DNA of 48,137 bases from the IMG/VR virus record IMGVR_UViG_3300020366_000010, positions 1 to 48,137 of that record. One strand, written 5' to 3'. The position numbers were made by a program, and so were the translations under genes. The stretch comes from a virus (taxonomy: Duplodnaviria; Caudoviricetes). The first letter of the stretch is position 1. Each line of letters begins with the position of its first letter. The notes beneath the pieces are model-generated. The model was given only the letters and a program-made list of their open reading frames with translations, did not search any database and had not been told where the DNA came from. Below, one piece after another: positions 8,655 through 20,700 of this stretch.

Positions 8655-11600
8655 TTATGCAAGTGCGATTGCTCTAAAGTCTTTCAGTTGAACTGGTGTT
8701 GATTCGTTGGTAGACGACATAACAACCTTGATAGCGAAAGCAGTAAACTGTTCCAAATTATTTGCGGAGAACTGATACTCTGAGAATTGACCTGCATCAT
8801 TTGCGGGAACAAAAGCATCTGCTCTTCCACTATTTTTATTTGGATCTTTAACTCTATCACCAAATCCATCACCATCAGTATCAATAAGATTATCATAACC
8901 GGGGAATGGTGTGAATTTCTGATCAATGTTGCTGGAGTCTGCTCTAAAGAGTTGATAAAGAACTCTAAAATCAGCACCCTCTTCTCTATTTGCAGCAATG
9001 ATAATTTTCAGACTGGATGCAGGTTTCGCGAGAGAAATTGTCTTAGTAACAAATACTGCACCATGTGGATCACCATCAATTAAGTTGGCACTTCCATCTT
9101 CAATATAATCATTAACTGGTTTGTTAGTTTTGTTTCTGCCAAGTACAAATGTTGCATTTTGCAAGTCAATAATTGGTGACAGATTCTCATCTTCTGTTGA
9201 GAAAGCAACTCTTAAATTCAAGGACTTATTACGCTGAATTTGTTGTCCAGTCAGATATGCAAGTTCATTCACTCTAGATGCTACCATTCTTGGAGTTCTA
9301 AACTGATTAACTTTATTCAAAAGAACATCTTCATATCCCTGATCGAGGAATGAAACTTCGGTTCCACCAGCACTAGTACCAGAAATAGTTCTGATAGCAG
9401 ATGTTGCTTTAGTTCCCTTTCCAGGTGTAATGATGTTGAATACGGGTTCAATAGAACTGAATTGATAATTCTGTGAAATACCAACACTATTTCCACCAAA
9501 TCCTTTCTGTGCAGCAAAATTCAACATTCCATTTCCAGATCCTCTTCCCTGAGGAACTGCAAGTGTTCTATCAAATTCGAGATGATAGAAGTCGAGATTT
9601 GAATTTGAATCTCTATAATATGTCGATGGAATATTATGAGTTCTGTTGATTCTCATCAGAGAAACACCGTTTACCTCATATGGTTGAATTGCCGATCCTT
9701 GAGCATGATCTGAAACTGCAGTACCATTTTGCCCTCTAGAGGAAATGGTAAGGGCTCCAGTATTATTTGCTCCAGCAGAAACTGCAGTATATTCAACAAC
9801 TTCACTATTGAGAAGTGCATAACCTCTACTTGTAGAAATTCCTTCAGATGTTGCAAATACTGTGGTATTAGCGACAGAAACTTGAGTTCCAGTTACGCCA
9901 AGTGTTTCAGTAATGGTAGTCTTTGAAGTATCTGGTTCAATATCAACAATTTCAATTTTGTTGTTTCCTCCATGGTGTGCATGGTTCTGTTGCTTGATTC
10001 TAAAGACATTTCCACTAAATTTATTATCAATAATAGATGAAGTTCCATTTACATCTACATTAGCGTCCGTTAATACACTTGGAGATGAGAAATAGTAAAT
10101 ATCCTCAGTGTTGGTGAAGTTTTCACCTTGAACATTTGTTAGATACAAAGTATCTGTACTTCCAAGATTGTTAACAGTAAGTCTTGCTCCAGAACCAGCA
10201 GCACCACCAGTGCCGCCCATATCAGCGGTTGTAATTCCAAGAGTTTCACCATTTACATAACCACTACCTGCATTAGTGATGTTTACAGAATTAATGAATC
10301 CTGTGGCATCAGTAACGATGGTTGCTTGTGCTCCACTACCTTTACCAGTTAAAGAAATTAAATCAACACCAGTAGAAGTTGTAGAAGCTTTGTAATCAGT
10401 ACCACTACTTGCAATTGATACAGAAGCAGCACCTGTTGTAATTGGGGCACCAAGATTCTCAACATAACCATTGATAGAATCAAAAGTTTGACCTTGAGTA
10501 ACTCTGGTTCCTTTTACAACAGCACCAGCAAGAGTTCCAGTTATAGGTAACTTGAGTTTTCTTGGAAGTGCTTCAATTGGATTATCATTCAGATCTTGTG
10601 CATTATCACCCTTTGGTGTGATATCAGTGTTAAAGAAATTGACTGTTCCTGCCTTTTTAGTAAACTTCGCCTTATACAAAGTAAACATTAAGTCTTGATA
10701 CTGACTTGGAGTCCAAATTGTACCATTCTGAGACTTAAACAGAGAACCACCAATATACTGCTTAGTTACAACAACATTGCGAACATTTGGAAGTTGTGAA
10801 GTATTCACAGTCTTCTTGCCCATTGTTGCAGTCCACATTTCATACAGGTCAGAACCTGGTGAAAGAACGACAATTGCATATTCTACTTCTGGTTCCAGAT
10901 AAACTGGAGATTCAAAAGCAATATTGGTTGGTATTGGATCAAATGGATTTTCTTCATTAATGAAGATATCATCAGGATTTAATGCAACTTGTGTATAATC
11001 TTGAACCAAGAATGAAGTTGGAGTTCCAAGTTCCATTGTTCTAAGTTCAACGAAAACTTTAGCTTTAGGATCCTTATTGGCAAAGAAGAGGTCAAATGAT
11101 GTTAAGAATGCACCAGTTCCATCGACAGTAAATGACTGTGCAAGTGGATCTCTATGTGGTGCCTTAACTTTAACTTCAACTTCAGTTTTCTTTCTCTTTG
11201 GTCTGGGTGGATTTCTAACAGAAACTCTAGAAGTTTCTTGAGTTAAAATAGTTCCACTTCCACTGTATTGACCAATTGCTTCGGATGCAAATAATGTAGA
11301 ACCTGGCAATACAACTTTATTTGGTGGATTTGCAGTAATTTTAACTGTCTTAGTTCCACTCTTAATTCTGATTCTTGGTCTTGGTTTAGCGTTAGCATTT
11401 CTAATAAAGAATGATCCAAGAACATCACCCCAGTTATCGGCAATTAGTCTTTTATCTGTTACAGTTGCACATGCACCAGAAGTTTTACCAACAATAGTAA
11501 ATCCTTTTTTAACAAATCCATAATATTTTTGCCTTCTTGCAAGTCTCTTCAGTGCAAAGTTGATAAGTCTAGAAGTTGGAGAATATCCATTTCCTGGAGC

Positions 11601-14600
11601 TGGACGATTTTTATCATAAGGATCAACTTGATAATTTTCCTTCAATACCGTAGGATTTCCTAAGTTAAATCCTCTTTCAGCATTATCTGGAGTAGCACGT
11701 CTCCTTGTTCTATTATCATTTTGAACTAAAGTATTTCCAATCTTATGATTTGGTCTGACAATAGGCAAAAATCCTACTTTCTTGCCCTTTCTATTGAAAA
11801 TCTCAACTTCTTCATTCACTTTAAAGGTGCCAGACTTCATTTCGATTTCACAAAGTTTTGGCAAATAATCAACTGGTTGGCTATCAAGATAGAAATAGTG
11901 TCTCTGATATGGTCTTAAACCGTTGGCATAGAAACCAACGTTTCTAGAACGCATCCAAGGATCTGCCTCACCTGAGACTTTTACATCTTCAACATAATCA
12001 AACTCTCTAGAAGGTCCTCTGAGTTTTGGTGTATATTTGGTTGTAGTGGTAATTGTTGTTGTAACGAATTTTCTTCTTCTCTTCTCACCTCTACCGCCAC
12101 CTTTTTTGTAAGTTCTATATTCAACTTTTTTATCAACATCTCTGGTAGTTTTTGCCTCTTGCTTCCATTTGGCACCAGTAGATTCTGTTCTATGATCATT
12201 AAGATAGATGGTTCTTACCCAGTTATCTGATGCTGGGTCCAGGACAATACCACCAACAAATACAATGACGTTGAATGGGTTAACATTTTCAACATTAGTC
12301 GCGTGTGGCTGATTAATCCATCTCTTTTGCTCATACTCAAGAGTAATCATATCTCCAGTTTTCTGACAACCACTTCTTGGTGGTAATGGGAGATTATCAC
12401 TGAGATCTGCATTTTCTACATCAACTGATGGATCAAACTTCAATTCTGCATCAATTGACCAGAAATCTACTGGAGCAATACAAGTTGCAGATCCCTTAGA
12501 AATATCTACTGTAGATAGGCGTGGATCCATCAAAGACTTATCTCTAAAATCACTAACAATGAAACCACTCTTGAATCTGTTTAATCCATTTGCATCGGTG
12601 ACTTCTAAAGTCTTTGCATTCAATTCAAGCATCGTGAGGCTTGTCATTTCCTCAAGATTTTCAATTCTATCTTCAAGCTTGCCGATATCACGCATGGTGA
12701 ATCGTCTGTTGTCACGAAGTTCAACTCTAGGATCACTTACTGTATTATACAAATATGGTGGGAGAAGAACTTGTGCAAGCTCCATAGAATCGTCTGTTAA
12801 GACTGGAGCTTTCGGATCATCAGCAGAAACACCCTGAGTTACTTCAATTTCACCCAATCTGTTGATGGAAACCAAATCAATTCTTGGTAGATAATAAGTA
12901 AATCCAATAAAAGATGATTCATCAGGAGTAACTACATATTTGTAATTGTAATCATATTCTCTGCTAGTAAAAGCAAATGGAGATGCTGCAGTTGCACTTG
13001 GATCAAACGCCTCTACTCTTGGGCGGAAATCAATAAGGTCACTGACACGAAGACCATCTGGAAGAGTTGGAATGTCACTCTTAAATCTATCTGCACCATA
13101 TGAATTTACAGTGAAGATATCTCCAGTATTGTTAGATGCTACTGTATAATGATCAAAAATAACTTTCAATCTTCTGGATGGTGTTGGACTTCCAGGTCTT
13201 CTTATGATTCTAGAATAGTCACAATATTGATGACGTTGACCTTTATCAAGTCTGTAATTCGGAGTCAGATCTAGGAAACTACCTGGAGTAACTTCTTGAA
13301 TGGTTAGATCAAGTGCAGAATCACTAAATCTAACAGTTTCTCCAACAGTAAAGTCATCATTATTCAGAGGGACATAATCAATAGTATTAGAAGATGCTGC
13401 AACAACTTGTGCAACTGCTCTATTTTCTTGACCAACTATTTTTTCACCAACAATAACGTTTTGATCCAGTGCTAAACCAGTGGCAAAAGTAAGTTTATCT
13501 AATACTGGAGCAGAATCTGTAGTTGATTCGTAAATTGCACGAACATTTACTGCATCAGGAACATTAAGTGAAATTTCTTCATCTTCTACTCTAGTTCCAT
13601 AAAACTTACTTGCAGTAAGACCATTTGCAGTGGTAGTTCCACTAGTTCTTGTAATATCAACAGAAGCAGATTTTGTAAAATCTTTAGTCTTATTAGTAAC
13701 ACCCATTTTCTTGAGTGTTACACTAGCCGTTAAGACTTGGTTTGGAACATTTGTAAATGTTACAGAGTTTCCTCCAGCATTTATGTTAACCATTCCACTA
13801 TCAAGAGCAATGGGTGTACCAGTGCTTGTGTCAGTTAAAGTATACTTTTCGGCATCAAAAGGTTCAAAAAATACGCTAGTAATACCTGAACTGATATCAA
13901 TAGCATCAGCAACCGTAAAGGTTATTGAACCACTTGCAGCAGTTTTACCTGTAATCTGCTTTGTAATTGTTAAATTTGAGTTTGCTAAATCGACAGAAGC
14001 AATGTTTTCAACAGGCAATGTGGAATACATTCCATTATTACCATATCCAAGAACTCTTGGAACCATCAGAGAGAATGTTCTCTGACCATTAGATACAGTA
14101 TTCTGACAAACTCCAGGAATTGCAGCAGGTGCTGCTATCAATGAAATTGTAGATCCATCTCTTCTTAATTTGGTAACTTCATTATATGTTGCATCTGTTT
14201 GTCCGGTAACTTGATATTTGATAATTGAACCGGGTTTAATACCCGTTGTTGTATCAAAAAGTCTTCCAGCAACTCTACCCTCCGAACCATTAGCAACTTC
14301 AAGAAGATCTTTTACACCAAAATCTGGAAGTTCTTGCTCATAAAGAACAGTATCTGCAACAAAGTCTGTAACAAGAGCGGTATTCAAAGAACTGCAATCT
14401 TGCCAGACCATCTTAATATCTGAAGTATCAAATGCTTCTACAGTTTGAATAGCACTAGTTGTATTGCTATCTTCATTAATTACAACTTGCTCACCTCTAA
14501 GGAATGTACCCGAAGTTTGAGAAAGTGTATATGTGTTTGTACTTCTAGATTCAATATATCCTGTTGCACCACTTGAAAGACCTCTTACGCGAGAACTATC

Positions 14601-16103
14601 TGGTACATCAGTGGTATTATAGGTGTTTCCAAGAGTTAAGTTTGTAAAAGTCTGTAGATCATACAAATAAAGATCAAAACTAGTGCTTGCATCTTTATAC
14701 TTAGCATCAGTTACACCAAACCAATATACTCTTGCTTTACCAACAAGATCTCCATTACCAGCATTGCGAGTTCCTGCATTGCCAGTATTGTCTCTTCTCT
14801 TATTATAGAGATTGATAATATTGGTGTTAGTTGCTCCACCACTAGCAGGTGTTCCAATATTGATATATGGTGTTCCATATACATTATTAACACGAATCAA
14901 ACTACCTACAGCAAATGGAATTGATGCTGTAGTCAGAGGTTTAGTATCTCTTGGTTTTGGAACATCAATAATTGTAGAACCTACATGGTCAACATCAAAT
15001 CCTTTGACGTATGCGGTGCCTGCAGACACCCTGATGCCCATGTTCTTCTCTTCAGGTACATTACCCTCATCAGTAACTTCCTCCTCTGTGAAGAGACCAC
15101 CGTTGCCTGTCTCGTCATTGAGGAGATCTACAACATCAACAACAAAATTATCTACAGCATAGTTTCCAGACTCTTCAAAAGTTCTCTTTGCAAAATACTT
15201 TTTGATTTCGCTATACTGAGATCTATTTTGTAATTTTTTGATTTCACCTTCATCAACTCTTACTAGTTCCACAAAACTAGTATCTTCAGTATCTGTAAGT
15301 AATTTTTTAGCTAACTTTAATCTAATTCTTAGTCTATCCGCACCTGGTGCAGCATAGTTTGTAAATCCTTTTGCATTATCATTTAATTCTGGTTCTTGAT
15401 CAGAATTTACAATCTCTTCAATAATATCGAATCCAACCCTATATGATGGTTCGTTATTATATGGGTCAAGAACAATTAGAGAATCTGAAACATCTACAAA
15501 AGTTCCTCTAATAAAATATACACCTTGAGCAACACCGACAGCATATCCAGTGTTTACTGCATCTACACTGGTAAGAGTAAATACCGTATCTCCAGAAACA
15601 ATAGAAGTATTACCGTAGGTAACATTATCCTGAAGAACTAATACTTCACCATCTTGGAATTCTACAGTTTCATCTTCTGATCCACCCTCAGCATATTTTA
15701 CAAAGAGGGTAATATCCTCAACACCTTCTTCTGGTGGAAGTAAATATCCTTTAATACGTGCCCTGATATCTGTAGTTTCAGAAATAACTTCCGAACCTTT
15801 ACCATTATTTGCACCAACAATAGCATCAAGATAAACAGAAACATCAATGCCCAGATGATCTCTGTTTACTTTTATAGTTGTAAATTGATTATCACAAGTG
15901 ACTCCACCAGGAATCACCATAGAACCTTCTTTAAATACGTGACTACCAAAAGATTCTATTTGATTCTGAAGAATCGATTGAAGACCCGTTAGTTCTCTTG
16001 CCTGAACAGGATACCCAGGCTTGAAAAGAACCTTGTAAAAATTATCATCCTTATCAAAATCATCGTAATAAGGATTTACGTTTAAGTTCGTCTTTTGGGG
16101 CAT
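8655..16103 (-). CDS. Large virion structural protein, VrlC/DUF4815-like
   Basis: MPQKTNLNVNPYYDDFD..VLFKPGYPVQARELT.LQSILQNQIE N-terminus; APGADRL; DPLAQSF; GSLFKSQN; ends DFRAIALA. Confidence 0.85.
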   Translation of the reverse strand: MPQKTNLNVNPYYDDFDKDDNFYKVLFKPGYPVQARELTGLQSILQNQIESFGSHVFKEGSMVIPGGVTCDNQFTTIKVNRDHLGIDVSVYLDAIVGANNGKGSEVISETTDIRARIKGYLLPPEEGVEDITLFVKYAEGGSEDETVEFQDGEVLVLQDNVTYGNTSIVSGDTVFTLTSVDAVNTGYAVGVAQGVYFIRGTFVDVSDSLIVLDPYNNEPSYRVGFDIIEEIVNSDQEPELNDNAKGFTNYAAPGADRLRIRLKLAKKLLTDTEDTSFVELVRVDEGEIKKLQNRSQYSEIKKYFAKRTFEESGNYAVDNFVVDVVDLLNDETGNGGLFTEEEVTDEGNVPEEKNMGIRVSAGTAYVKGFDVDHVGSTIIDVPKPRDTKPLTTASIPFAVGSLIRVNNVYGTPYINIGTPASGGATNTNIINLYNKRRDNTGNAGTRNAGNGDLVGKARVYWFGVTDAKYKDASTSFDLYLYDLQTFTNLTLGNTYNTTDVPDSSRVRGLSSGATGYIESRSTNTYTLSQTSGTFLRGEQVVINEDSNTTSAIQTVEAFDTSDIKMVWQDCSSLNTALVTDFVADTVLYEQELPDFGVKDLLEVANGSEGRVAGRLFDTTTGIKPGSIIKYQVTGQTDATYNEVTKLRRDGSTISLIAAPAAIPGVCQNTVSNGQRTFSLMVPRVLGYGNNGMYSTLPVENIASVDLANSNLTITKQITGKTAASGSITFTVADAIDISSGITSVFFEPFDAEKYTLTDTSTGTPIALDSGMVNINAGGNSVTFTNVPNQVLTASVTLKKMGVTNKTKDFTKSASVDITRTSGTTTANGLTASKFYGTRVEDEEISLNVPDAVNVRAIYESTTDSAPVLDKLTFATGLALDQNVIVGEKIVGQENRAVAQVVAASSNTIDYVPLNNDDFTVGETVRFSDSALDLTIQEVTPGSFLDLTPNYRLDKGQRHQYCDYSRIIRRPGSPTPSRRLKVIFDHYTVASNNTGDIFTVNSYGADRFKSDIPTLPDGLRVSDLIDFRPRVEAFDPSATAASPFAFTSREYDYNYKYVVTPDESSFIGFTYYLPRIDLVSINRLGEIEVTQGVSADDPKAPVLTDDSMELAQVLLPPYLYNTVSDPRVELRDNRRFTMRDIGKLEDRIENLEEMTSLTMLELNAKTLEVTDANGLNRFKSGFIVSDFRDKSLMDPRLSTVDISKGSATCIAPVDFWSIDAELKFDPSVDVENADLSDNLPLPPRSGCQKTGDMITLEYEQKRWINQPHATNVENVNPFNVIVFVGGIVLDPASDNWVRTIYLNDHRTESTGAKWKQEAKTTRDVDKKVEYRTYKKGGGRGEKRRRKFVTTTITTTTKYTPKLRGPSREFDYVEDVKVSGEADPWMRSRNVGFYANGLRPYQRHYFYLDSQPVDYLPKLCEIEMKSGTFKVNEEVEIFNRKGKKVGFLPIVRPNHKIGNTLVQNDNRTRRRATPDNAERGFNLGNPTVLKENYQVDPYDKNRPAPGNGYSPTSRLINFALKRLARRQKYYGFVKKGFTIVGKTSGACATVTDKRLIADNWGDVLGSFFIRNANAKPRPRIRIKSGTKTVKITANPPNKVVLPGSTLFASEAIGQYSGSGTILTQETSRVSVRNPPRPKRKKTEVEVKVKAPHRDPLAQSFTVDGTGAFLTSFDLFFANKDPKAKVFVELRTMELGTPTSFLVQDYTQVALNPDDIFINEENPFDPIPTNIAFESPVYLEPEVEYAIVVLSPGSDLYEMWTATMGKKTVNTSQLPNVRNVVVTKQYIGGSLFKSQNGTIWTPSQYQDLMFTLYKAKFTKKAGTVNFFNTDITPKGDNAQDLNDNPIEALPRKLKLPITGTLAGAVVKGTRVTQGQTFDSINGYVENLGAPITTGAASVSIASSGTDYKASTTSTGVDLISLTGKGSGAQATIVTDATGFINSVNITNAGSGYVNGETLGITTADMGGTGGAAGSGARLTVNNLGSTDTLYLTNVQGENFTNTEDIYYFSSPSVLTDANVDVNGTSSIIDNKFSGNVFRIKQQNHAHHGGNNKIEIVDIEPDTSKTTITETLGVTGTQVSVANTTVFATSEGISTSRGYALLNSEVVEYTAVSAGANNTGALTISSRGQNGTAVSDHAQGSAIQPYEVNGVSLMRINRTHNIPSTYYRDSNSNLDFYHLEFDRTLAVPQGRGSGNGMLNFAAQKGFGGNSVGISQNYQFSSIEPVFNIITPGKGTKATSAIRTISGTSAGGTEVSFLDQGYEDVLLNKVNQFRTPRMVASRVNELAYLTGQQIQRNKSLNLRVAFSTEDENLSPIIDLQNATFVLGRNKTNKPVNDYIEDGSANLIDGDPHGAVFVTKTISLAKPASSLKIIIAANREEGADFRVLYQLFRADSSNIDQKFTPFPGYDNLIDTDGDGFGDRVKDPNKNSGRADAFVPANDAGQFSEYQFSANNLEQFTAFAIKVVMSSTNESTPVQLKDFRAIALA

Positions 16104-16106
16104 TTT

Positions 16107-17669
16107 TTAAAATTCCAGTATAATTTTTAAGTCTTCTTTTTGTCTGGGGTTTCTAGCGATGCTAGCTCTATTATCGAGATAAATTATTTCTCCCGACCCT
16201 TTATTTATTTCAGGTACTGCCATCCCATTTGTGAAATCAACACCAAGATTGATTAACTTAGTTCCTGTTGGATTTGTAGTAATACCAGAGAATGCAGTAT
16301 CAATAGTTCCTTGGAATCCAGAAACATTACCATTAATTGATCCACCAGTTGCATTGAAGTTATAAGATCTTCCATTGGTGGAAATACCAGTATAATCTTG
16401 AGTGTCCAAAGTTGTTTGATTCACATAGATTGATCTATCTGAAAAATACTTTAGAACTTTCGTTTCATCATCCCAAGAAGCAACCCATCCGCGTGCTTTA
16501 CCAACACTCAGATTTTGTTCAATCTTTTCACCAACTTTTGGTTTACCAGATAATGTTTGGTCATCCTTTAATTTCAGTGAGAATAATCCACTGAAGGTAT
16601 TTTCTTGATATACATCATTAGTTCCAACTTTAGTTGGATTTTTTACAATCGAAACCTGTGCAAAACTTGTATCAACAGGGAAATCTCTGGTAGAATCATC
16701 AAATCTTGCATAAACAAGAACTCTATCAGTTCCTAACTCCGTATAGATGTCAAATCCATGTCCCTTGGATGGTGGGATAATTGGAACTAAGTTTGCACTT
16801 GTTCCAGTTGTATTTGAGTTGATTGAACCAAGGTCAACAAGACCATAAGTATAATCTTTACCACCAGATACTACTGTAGTATTGGTAATTCTATTACCTT
16901 GAACATCTACCCTAACTTTTGCTCCAGTGCCATCACCTATGATATCAAACTCTTGTCCAATACCATTAGCATAGTTATCACCTGCATCAGCAATGTAAAC
17001 TGTTTTAATTTGATTCTCATTTGATGAAGAATCTGCAGATTCTCTCACTGCTCTAATTTGAGCATCTGTACTAGTTGACCAATTATTTGGTACAGTAATA
17101 TATTCGGTAGAATCAAATTTGATGATATCACTTGGAGTGATGGTATAAAGATATTTCCAAATATATCCATCACCACTGTCACCTGCTCTAGATGGTTCTA
17201 AATCAGTAAATGTTGGTTGATCCAAAGAAACGTTGCCCTTGAGATTAGTACCACTAGAACCATTTTCAATGCAAATGTAGACTCTGTAGTCTTCATTCAT
17301 TACATAATAATTTGCATCATATAATCTAGAGGCATTAGATACTGGTGCTGGACTTGTGACACTATAGTCATCTCGATACATTTCATATCGGTTTCCAGCA
17401 ACCCAGTTAATCTTTCTTACAATACGTCTTACGTTTGCAGAAGTTACTCTTTTGCCATATAAAACAACATCACCTGCGTGCCTGTTTTTTGTTATATTAT
17501 CTACTGGTGCAGGTGGATTTGTATTCCACAAAGAATCTCTCCCATAAGCATTAATTGCCGGATTGGGAAGACCAACAGTAATATAATATGAGTTGTTTGT
17601 AGAATCAATAGAATCTACAAAATTACTGGCATTCAGAATTCTAAATTGATCAGTAACAATTGCTGACAT
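16107..17669 (-). CDS. gp8: Baseplate wedge subunit
   Basis: MSAIVTDQFRILNA, YYVMNEDYRVYICI.NG, DGYIWKYLYTI, SGEIIYLDNR..I.R...QKEDLKIILEF. Confidence 0.92.
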   Translation of the reverse strand: MSAIVTDQFRILNASNFVDSIDSTNNSYYITVGLPNPAINAYGRDSLWNTNPPAPVDNITKNRHAGDVVLYGKRVTSANVRRIVRKINWVAGNRYEMYRDDYSVTSPAPVSNASRLYDANYYVMNEDYRVYICIENGSSGTNLKGNVSLDQPTFTDLEPSRAGDSGDGYIWKYLYTITPSDIIKFDSTEYITVPNNWSTSTDAQIRAVRESADSSSNENQIKTVYIADAGDNYANGIGQEFDIIGDGTGAKVRVDVQGNRITNTTVVSGGKDYTYGLVDLGSINSNTTGTSANLVPIIPPSKGHGFDIYTELGTDRVLVYARFDDSTRDFPVDTSFAQVSIVKNPTKVGTNDVYQENTFSGLFSLKLKDDQTLSGKPKVGEKIEQNLSVGKARGWVASWDDETKVLKYFSDRSIYVNQTTLDTQDYTGISTNGRSYNFNATGGSINGNVSGFQGTIDTAFSGITTNPTGTKLINLGVDFTNGMAVPEINKGSGEIIYLDNRASIARNPRQKEDLKIILEF

Positions 17670-17686
17670 CGTTATCTTTTTTTATG

Positions 17687-17694
17687 TATTTATA
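17687..17694 (-). promoter_or_regulatory. T4-type late promoter TATAAATA
   Basis: Exact consensus 17 nt upstream of the gp8 start. Confidence 0.85.
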
Positions 17695-17713
17695 GGGGAA
17701 TGTATAATATTAA

Positions 17714-20700
17714 TTATTGGACGTAGAATGGGAAGTAATTATCCGCTTCTGGAGAAACTCCATCTTCGGGTGGTTTCACCGATCTAATCGCACCAGATTT
17801 CTGTTCACCAAAGTTTCCTCTTCTTTGAATTGTTGGGAATGTTGACAATCCAGCATCAACTGTTAATCCAGTTACTCCGATTGCAATTCCATCTCTATTA
17901 TCGTAGTTATAAATTCTACCGAAAGAGATTCTTCCGTGAGAGGTACAAATACCACTTTCAGTGATATTCCAATCACCTGTAGCAAGAATTCCAAGAACAG
18001 GACTATCACTATGAATGTTGCAAATAATTTCACCATCTTCAAGAAGTCCACTCTTCGCATGAACTTTGTAAACATTGTCAAGGAATGTTGTTCCAATACC
18101 AACAACACTATTGTTATTAGAATCAACAGAGGTTACTCCAGTACCAATAGTGGTATCATAAATTAAAACTGGATATCCAACTGCCAAATCATTTGTATCC
18201 GAAAGAACACCAAACTTACCATTCAAAGATGTGTAATTTGAAATTGCAGTGAAATTAAATTTCAGTGCAAGTGGATGACCACCAACACCAGGACAAGTGC
18301 TGATACCAGTGATAATTCCACTAAATCCTTGGACGTTAGAAACATTATTGATAGTTTCTACAGATGCCTTTGGTATTTCAATAATTGTCTGTGGTGGATT
18401 GGTTGTAGTGTAACCAAATCCAGGATTGGTGATTGTAACTGCAGAAACTTGACCATTTGTAATGGTTGCAGTTGCAGTAGCAGTTGTACCAACACCAACA
18501 CCAATAGACTTAGGTGCGGAGAACCTAACATCAAGTGAAGATACGGTATATCCTGCACCAACATTATTAGTTGTGATTGCACTTATAGTTCCTGCAGCAG
18601 ATACTGTAGCAGTAAATTCTGCTCCAACTGGTGCTATATGATTAGAAAGGAATGCGTCAAATTCAAAGTTGCTTCCTTTTTGAACATCAAGAATTTCATT
18701 ATCATACACAAAGAATTGTGCATTATCTACAAATATTTCATTTGATGATGGTGTAATATCACCAATAACTCTTGCAGTTGGGAAGATTTTTGGTTCCAGA
18801 ACAGGTCTTGCTTTAGAAACAAGATTTCCTCTTACATACAAGTCATTCTTTTGTTTAATCCAATCAATTGGTCTAAAGTTGTTTTCATCAACACCGAGAC
18901 CAGTATAGATTTCCGTTTCAACAACATCAGATCCAGGAATATCAGTGATTGTTCTGCTATTTTCTTGATTTGGTGTTGTATACAGTGGATGCTTTCTTAC
19001 AAACAGGTCATCACCAATCTTAATTGTGGATGTAACATCAATCAAGAGTGAGTCGAGATTATTTTGACCAACATAGAAGAAGATATCAACTTTATCTTGT
19101 GGTTGTGGTGCCTCAGTAAAGATGAATGATGTGCCACCAGTAAATTCATAAGAGTATCCTGGAGTTTGTAGGACACCATTAACAAAGATAAGGAGAACGG
19201 AATTTAAATCAATATTTGCAGAGAGTGGACTTGCAGGATCGAGTTCAAAACTCAACAATTCACCTCTATAGAACAGTGGGAATCTCTTCCTTGTTCCGTT
19301 TTGGAAACCAGCAACACTGTCAATGAAGTCCATTTCACCAAATGACCATGAAGAGAATCTATCAGTAAAGGTAGAAACAACTTCAAGTTGGAAATCAGAA
19401 GCAGGTTGGGTATAATCTTTGGCAGTTACAAGACCAACTGCCTTCATAACATCACCAGGTTTGAACTGATAACCATCTCTAGCAACCTTGAAATTGCTTA
19501 CAACAAATCCTGCTCCAGGTGCTGGAGTTCTTGTTGGAGTGGTAGCAATAGTAGGATCCACAGCATTTGTTACAATTCCAACCAGGGTATGAATTGCAGA
19601 TTGGACGTTTGCACATGTTGGATTGTTTGAATCAACAGTGATTGTGGTATCTTTAATCTGAAGTTTGTTGGTATGTGTACCGATAGCAACAGACTCATTT
19701 CTCATTACCTTGACTGCAATATCTCTTGCCTCCATAAAGGCATTGATAGTTTCTTGCTCTTCACCAGCAACATGAGCACCAGTGATATAGAGGTCTGCAG
19801 CATCTACTGTGAGATCATTTCCACCGTATCTGAGGTTATATGCAACAGATTCAAGTACATCAACAATATCATCCTTACAATCTTGTCCATTTGTTCCTGC
19901 TGGAGGATTATATGATGGATATGCATCACGCATCCTTCCATATGCAACATCAGCAATAAATGCCGTATTTGCTACAATCAAGTTCGATGCATCAAAGAAT
20001 CTATCGGGATTAGAATTCTCTGCGGATTGACCAATTTCAAGATTTAAGAGAAGATTTTTTCCAACTTCAGTTGTTGCTCCAACACCAAGTCTAGATACAC
20101 CTTCAATTGGAATATTTTCATAAATTGGTTCTGGAATAATCAATCTTGGATTGACATAATCTGTACCACCAGATGTGATATTGAATGCGAGAGTTCCACC
20201 AACACCAACGATTGCCTCAACAGATGCTCCAGTTCCACCACCTCCACCTTTTCCAACATTTACTGTGATGGATGTTGGAGTTGTTGCAGTAATTGCAGTT
20301 TGAATACCAGCAACTGGGTCAGTTGATCTTGGATATGGATGCTCACCAAAGAAGTTATCTTGAGAGCAAGTAAAGACTAAACTATCAGTTCCAATTGCAA
20401 TAGTATTAGATGTAGTTAGTGAGTGAGAACCAATCTCAAGAACAAGAAGTCCAGTATGTGAAATATAAGTTGCTGCAGTTGGTGTATAATTTACACCGTT
20501 ATTATCAGTAAGACTATTTGAAGAAGAACTTACAAATCTATGATCATATGCAAGATCTGTTACACCGATAGAAACTGGATACCTATATCCAGAACCATAT
20601 GAAAGATCATAATATTTCGATATAGTTCCACCACCTTCATAAGTGTGTGGAATTGTACTAGTTCCAACCAGAACTGTCAGTTTTGATGAAGAAATGACGT

